From NCBI GenBank assembly GCA_964019425.1, contig OZ025788.1, forward strand, positions 186,001 through 250,000: a stretch of 64,000 bases of DNA. The letters are read 5' to 3'. Numbering within the stretch: the stretch's first letter is position 1; every line of letters starts with the position of its first letter. Both the position numbers and the translations under genes were made by a program. Shown one piece after another: positions 59,783 to 64,000 of this stretch. The notes beneath the pieces are model-generated. The model made no database searches, was not told where the DNA came from, and saw only the letters and a program-made list of their open reading frames with translations. The DNA comes from Flectonema sp. DT1601. Lineage: Eukaryota.

Positions 59783-61996
59783 CTATTTCATAGCCCGTCT
59801 AACTGCAGGTGGGGCTGGTGGGGTCGGAGGTGACGAAGGAGTCAGCGGAGTAGTAGAATGCAACACCACTTCATTTTGATTATTTCCTGAATATATTGAC
59901 TGAAGATGTTGCTGCCTGTACTGCTGCTCTTGCTGTTGCCGCAGGGCTTCGGACTTATTTTGAATTTGACTTCCACTTTTCAATACCGTAACACTCGTCG
60001 GTGCCATCAAAGGCCTTGCCGGATCTCTCAGCTGTGAAACGGAGGGCCGAGCTCTGCCACGCTGTTGTTGTTGTTTTTAAACATATATCCAAATTCCAAT
60101 ACAATAATAAAGTGTTTAAAAAGAAACTGCTCTACACATAACTAAGCAATAACTCATGCTACTTACTAATACTAAAGAAACAACTAATTAACATACCGTA
60201 CTCAGCACTGCTTCTTCAACTGGTCTAGGAGGGCTGGATTCGGCACGAGAACTTGGACGGCTAATACTTTTAAATGAATCATATCTATCAGTGGTGTATC
60301 GATCAGTAGTTCCAACTAAACTATCAAGATTTCCTGAAAGAGTAAGGGAAGAAGTAGACTTATCATCCTGAACCATCGAGGAGTTGTAAGCCACACTACT
60401 TTGAGGTGATATTTTTGATTTTCTGAGAACAACTCCGCTACCACGCCTGACACGAGATGCTGATGAAAACGCACTATTACTAGCAGTGAGTCCCTTCACA
60501 GGTTTTGAAGGTGTCTGTGAACTTTGAGTTCGTTTTTGTGGTTCTGGTGTATTCACAGCAGAAGAAGGATAAGGTATTTTCCTCTTAATATTAACTTTAC
60601 TCCATATTTGATCATTTACATTCGACATTAAAGGATACAATGGTTGACGAGCTGCTAACATCTGATGCTTCATGTGTTGAATGTTGTGGTAGTGATCAAC
60701 ATCTGTCATGTTGTGGTAGGCCATTTGTTTGTTACTTCTGGGAGGACTAATTTCTCTACTTCCAGTTGGAGGAATTGTATGAATTGTACTATTGGGACTG
60801 ACCTGTTCCCTTCCTAAGAAAGGAGGTGACATCTGGATTGATCTACTTGAGTGGTCAATAAAACGCTGAGTACCTTGATTAACAGAAGTAAGGACATGTG
60901 TCTCTAAAGGAATCCTTCTTCGAGAACCCAAACCTGTTCCGTACGGGCTGTTCGACCGTAGCTCGCTTGTGTATTCTCTTTCCATTACACGAAGTCTGCC
61001 ATCTTTCATTAATTCTTCTTTGAGCTCTTCACCAGTTCTAAGCAGGTCCATTACCCTTTCTGAAAAATCTCTGGGTGGTGGCCTAGCGGGACTCAAACTT
61101 GGACTCCAACTCGGCATCGGAGATCCAGGTTCTAATTGTGGAATTGGTCGATATATTGGCGATGCTGAACTCATCCTCCTCGATTGTGATCGAGATTTAC
61201 GAGTGTTATGAGCTTCCATACTTGCAGTGTGCGCGTCTAACACATTTAATGGGGGTGGTGGCATGACAAGCTGAGAAACTCCTCCTTGATCCCTTTTATT
61301 ATTCGTTGATTCGCTATCAGTTGTTTTCTTCCTCGAGGCATAGCCTCTGAACCTCGCTTGAATACGAACCGCAGCTTCTTCTTCGGTGAGTTCTTCGCGA
61401 TTTAACAACACGTGATTCCGATAGTGAAGCGGCAGTAGTTCAGCCGGCAGCGTAAGTTGCAGTCCCTGGCTACCAATAAAATAGCTGATTGGAAGCCAAG
61501 AAGGAACAACCTTTTCCAGAGTATTCCTAGCGGAGTGTAGTGTGTTTTGCAAAGCCCGTATGATACATCTTATATTATTAGCACACTGCTGTGACCGATC
61601 ACCTGCTACCCATTGCTTGCAGAATACGAGAAGCTCAAGTGATGCCGATTTGTGACGAGAGACAATTGTCGAAAGGCGATCATCTTGAGAAACTGGACGG
61701 GTTTGAACAACAGGGTTCAGTTTTATTAGATCGCTGACTAAAGTTGCCGGTTCATTCATGGCGACTAAAAAAGCAACATCTAACAAAGTAACACACTCTT
61801 CACCATCAGGCAACGGCGGGCAATAACTACAAAGAACGTTTCTTACATTTGATTTCGCAATCTGACGACCTTTCGCAAAGGTTTCCAATAACTTTATTAC
61901 ACTCCCTAACGGAGCACAAAATGCATCACCTCCAAGGCGAGCTATCCAAGCTCCTCTCAACTTACTCTCACTGCATATCAGAGTAGCTAAAGACAT
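59783..61996 (-). CDS. IQ-motif protein with disordered Ser/Pro-rich C-terminus (~692 aa)
   Basis: AAVRIQARFRGYASRK IQ motif. Exons 61996-60197 and 60061-59783 joined by a 135-nt GTATGT...AACAG intron. Confidence 0.75.
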
Positions 61997-62322
61997 ATTG
62001 GATCATTTTAACTAGCTAATTCCCAGACAGCATCCTATTAGAGAATTAAAGTAAAATTATATTATTTGAGTACCAAATGGTCGGGGGAACGACATGCCAA
62101 TTCCTTTCATGTGAAAAAAACCAGAAGTACCTGCGGTTCAAGGAATTAATGAAAGATTCCAACAGACTAATTTTAATTCTTATTTTTGAAAAAAATTGGT
62201 CAAAACATAACTACAAAAAAAGTGTACAACAATCTAAAATAATACATCCCATCACCATACGTAACTAGCCTGGGTTTACGTGAGCTGCTTGTCAATGAGT
62301 AGAAAGTAACAATATACTTATA

Positions 62323-63477
62323 CTAATAACCCGAATATGCAGATGCTGTATAATGCGACTGCCTAGCTGCCCTTCTCGGGGAGCCAAAAGCAGACGCTGC
62401 TCGATCATAGTGTTGTGTTTGCTCAAAAAAAAGACTTTTTGAACTACGCAGAGCATCTTCGTTCTGCTGAACACAGATTTCGCGCTCCATTAACGATTTT
62501 TCTTCAGCCTCCATTGAAACATGACGGTGGGCAACCGACTGATTTAGGTCCATATTTGTACTAATTCGACTCATCAGTTCATCATTATCACATTGGAGTC
62601 CTCTCAATCGTTCTTGTATTTCAGAGGCTTTCCTATTCAAGTCTGCTTCTAATCCCTGATTTTGTCCCAATCGTTGCTGACACGTCTTAATTTCTGCTTC
62701 GCGAGAAGTGACGTCGTATCTGTCAGCAGCGTGGTGAAAACATATATTAGTAACGTTTGGAAACACTTGTGAAAATGCCTTTAACTCATCTCTCGTAATG
62801 ACACCATCTTGATTACAGTCTGCGTAACTAAATAGCGCTTCCAACACCGTATCAGGGAAATTTATCATATCTTGCACCCAGGTTTTAAATTCCTGATGAG
62901 TAATGTATCCCTTTTCGCCAATATCCATCGTATCAAAGATGTAACACAACTTTTCCTCTTGAGTCGCACCGTCTCTACCAGTTTTATAAATAACATGTTT
63001 TGGTGTTGTTGGTTCTACAAAATTGACTGCTCCTCGGACATAAGGGTTGCGGTTTTCAACAGCTGGTGATCCGGAACGAGGCTTAAGAGGTTCCTGCACC
63101 GGGCGGACCCTAGGCTGCACATTGGTAGTGTTTGATGCATTGCTTTGTTGTAGTTTCCTAGGTTTTGCAAGAGGGAGGTCCATCTGCACATCTACATGCC
63201 AACTAGTTTCGGGTCGAAATGCGTACAATTGGACTCCCGCGAACAACTGGTTACAGTCTACAAAATCAACCCATTCGCCGACCCTATCGTCGAAGAATTG
63301 CACGCTGTATATTGAAAACGCAGGTGACAGTCCGTGGCCCACTAACGTTGCGGCCTCCTCATCCATCAACCTGCAGATCATATCGTGAACACCTTTTACT
63401 CCTTTCGTTATATCTAACTCGACTTCAAGGTTAACCTTCTTGGAACAGATATCGCCACATATTTTAGCAATGATCAT
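62323..63477 (-). CDS. BILBO1-like protein (ubiquitin-like N-domain, two EF-hands, coiled coil)
   Basis: DICSKKVNLEV, FFDDRVGEWVD...QLFAGVQLYAF N-domain motifs, EF-hands DIGEKGYITHQE and DCNQDGVITRDE, then coiled coil. Start placed at ATG 63477. Confidence 0.7.
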   Translation of the reverse strand: MIIAKICGDICSKKVNLEVELDITKGVKGVHDMICRLMDEEAATLVGHGLSPAFSIYSVQFFDDRVGEWVDFVDCNQLFAGVQLYAFRPETSWHVDVQMDLPLAKPRKLQQSNASNTTNVQPRVRPVQEPLKPRSGSPAVENRNPYVRGAVNFVEPTTPKHVIYKTGRDGATQEEKLCYIFDTMDIGEKGYITHQEFKTWVQDMINFPDTVLEALFSYADCNQDGVITRDELKAFSQVFPNVTNICFHHAADRYDVTSREAEIKTCQQRLGQNQGLEADLNRKASEIQERLRGLQCDNDELMSRISTNMDLNQSVAHRHVSMEAEEKSLMEREICVQQNEDALRSSKSLFFEQTQHYDRAASAFGSPRRAARQSHYTASAYSGY

Positions 63478-64000
63478 TGCAGTAGATCTTCCTATGAACA
63501 AGTACTTAACAAAATTAAAACGCACATCAATCAAAAATTATTTTTTGCGACTAAACTCTGGGACAATGGGGAAAAAAAAAAAAAAAAAACTCAAAAAAAG
63601 AAATTAGTAAGAAATCGATCGAAGCGGTATTTTAATGTGCAGCATCATTCGGTCCATTTCCGTCCGAAATCGAGAGCTAAATCTTTCACAAGGTTATGAT
63701 TGGACCATCCCTGTAGTGATTTCGATGACTGGTGGGACTGTCGATGTTGGATGTTGGAATTGCAAATAAATCTACCATCCCATCCCTATCCTCCTCGGCA
63801 TGAAGTTGTTTTCCGAGTTGAAAAAAGATCTGTATTGGGCTTCTCCTCCTCATTCATCAAGGCATTGGATAATTTTTGGAATTCAACAGCCTCAGGGGTC
63901 AGTTTTTTGAGTCTCACTTTCCTTATTATCAGCCTCAGCCAGCCTCCCAGCCTCAGCCTGAATTTTACCCTTGAGCCTCTATCTGTTTCAGAAGTTTGAT

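Noticed and set aside
495..63477. Stop-codon reassignment or selenocysteine readthrough to explain fragmented ORFs
   Set aside because: Breaks within the supported genes are resolved by GT-AG introns, and TAA, TAG and TGA all occur as terminal stops.
184..63999. All plus-strand ORFs in the track (e.g. 802-1332, 21246-21611 poly-Leu, 37313-37645)
   Set aside because: Antisense shadows of minus-strand genes or repeats, or homopolymer-derived F/K-rich frames with no recognisable motifs.
63600..64000. Partial gene at the right edge
   Set aside because: Coding-like composition, but the minus-strand frames I read stop early with no motif; needs the adjacent window.

Overview
AT-rich eukaryotic (protist) genomic DNA, most consistent with a euglenozoan and probably a diplonemid-like lineage. 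That attribution is inference from a BILBO1-like gene, a unidirectional gene array, and frequent cis-introns plus ribophorin II, which argue against a trypanosomatid. About 23 protein-coding genes are supported, all on the minus strand; the only supported plus-strand gene is a tRNA-Thr(CGT) at the downstream end of the array. I rebuilt 25 GT-AG introns by hand, and every spliced model keeps an intact frame. Recognisable genes: TBC1D20-like RabGAP, ribophorin II, dihydroxyacetone kinase, C14 sterol reductase, ankyrin protein, KLHDC3-like Kelch protein, polyQ-extended TOP3B, IST1, WD40 protein, RING-CaaX protein, a MAP3K with a tandem pseudokinase copy, SPIN90/Ldb17-like protein, secreted bacterial-like repeat protein, MFSD5, a GNAT, an IQ protein and a BILBO1-like protein. 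The strongest unexplained signal is two contrasting classes of 3' splice site: cis-introns end in an A/C-rich tract (...AACAG) with essentially no polypyrimidine tract, whereas AGs just upstream of most start codons have conventional pyrimidine tracts. This may be a code separating cis- from trans-splicing. All family calls are motif recognition by eye; no searches were run.
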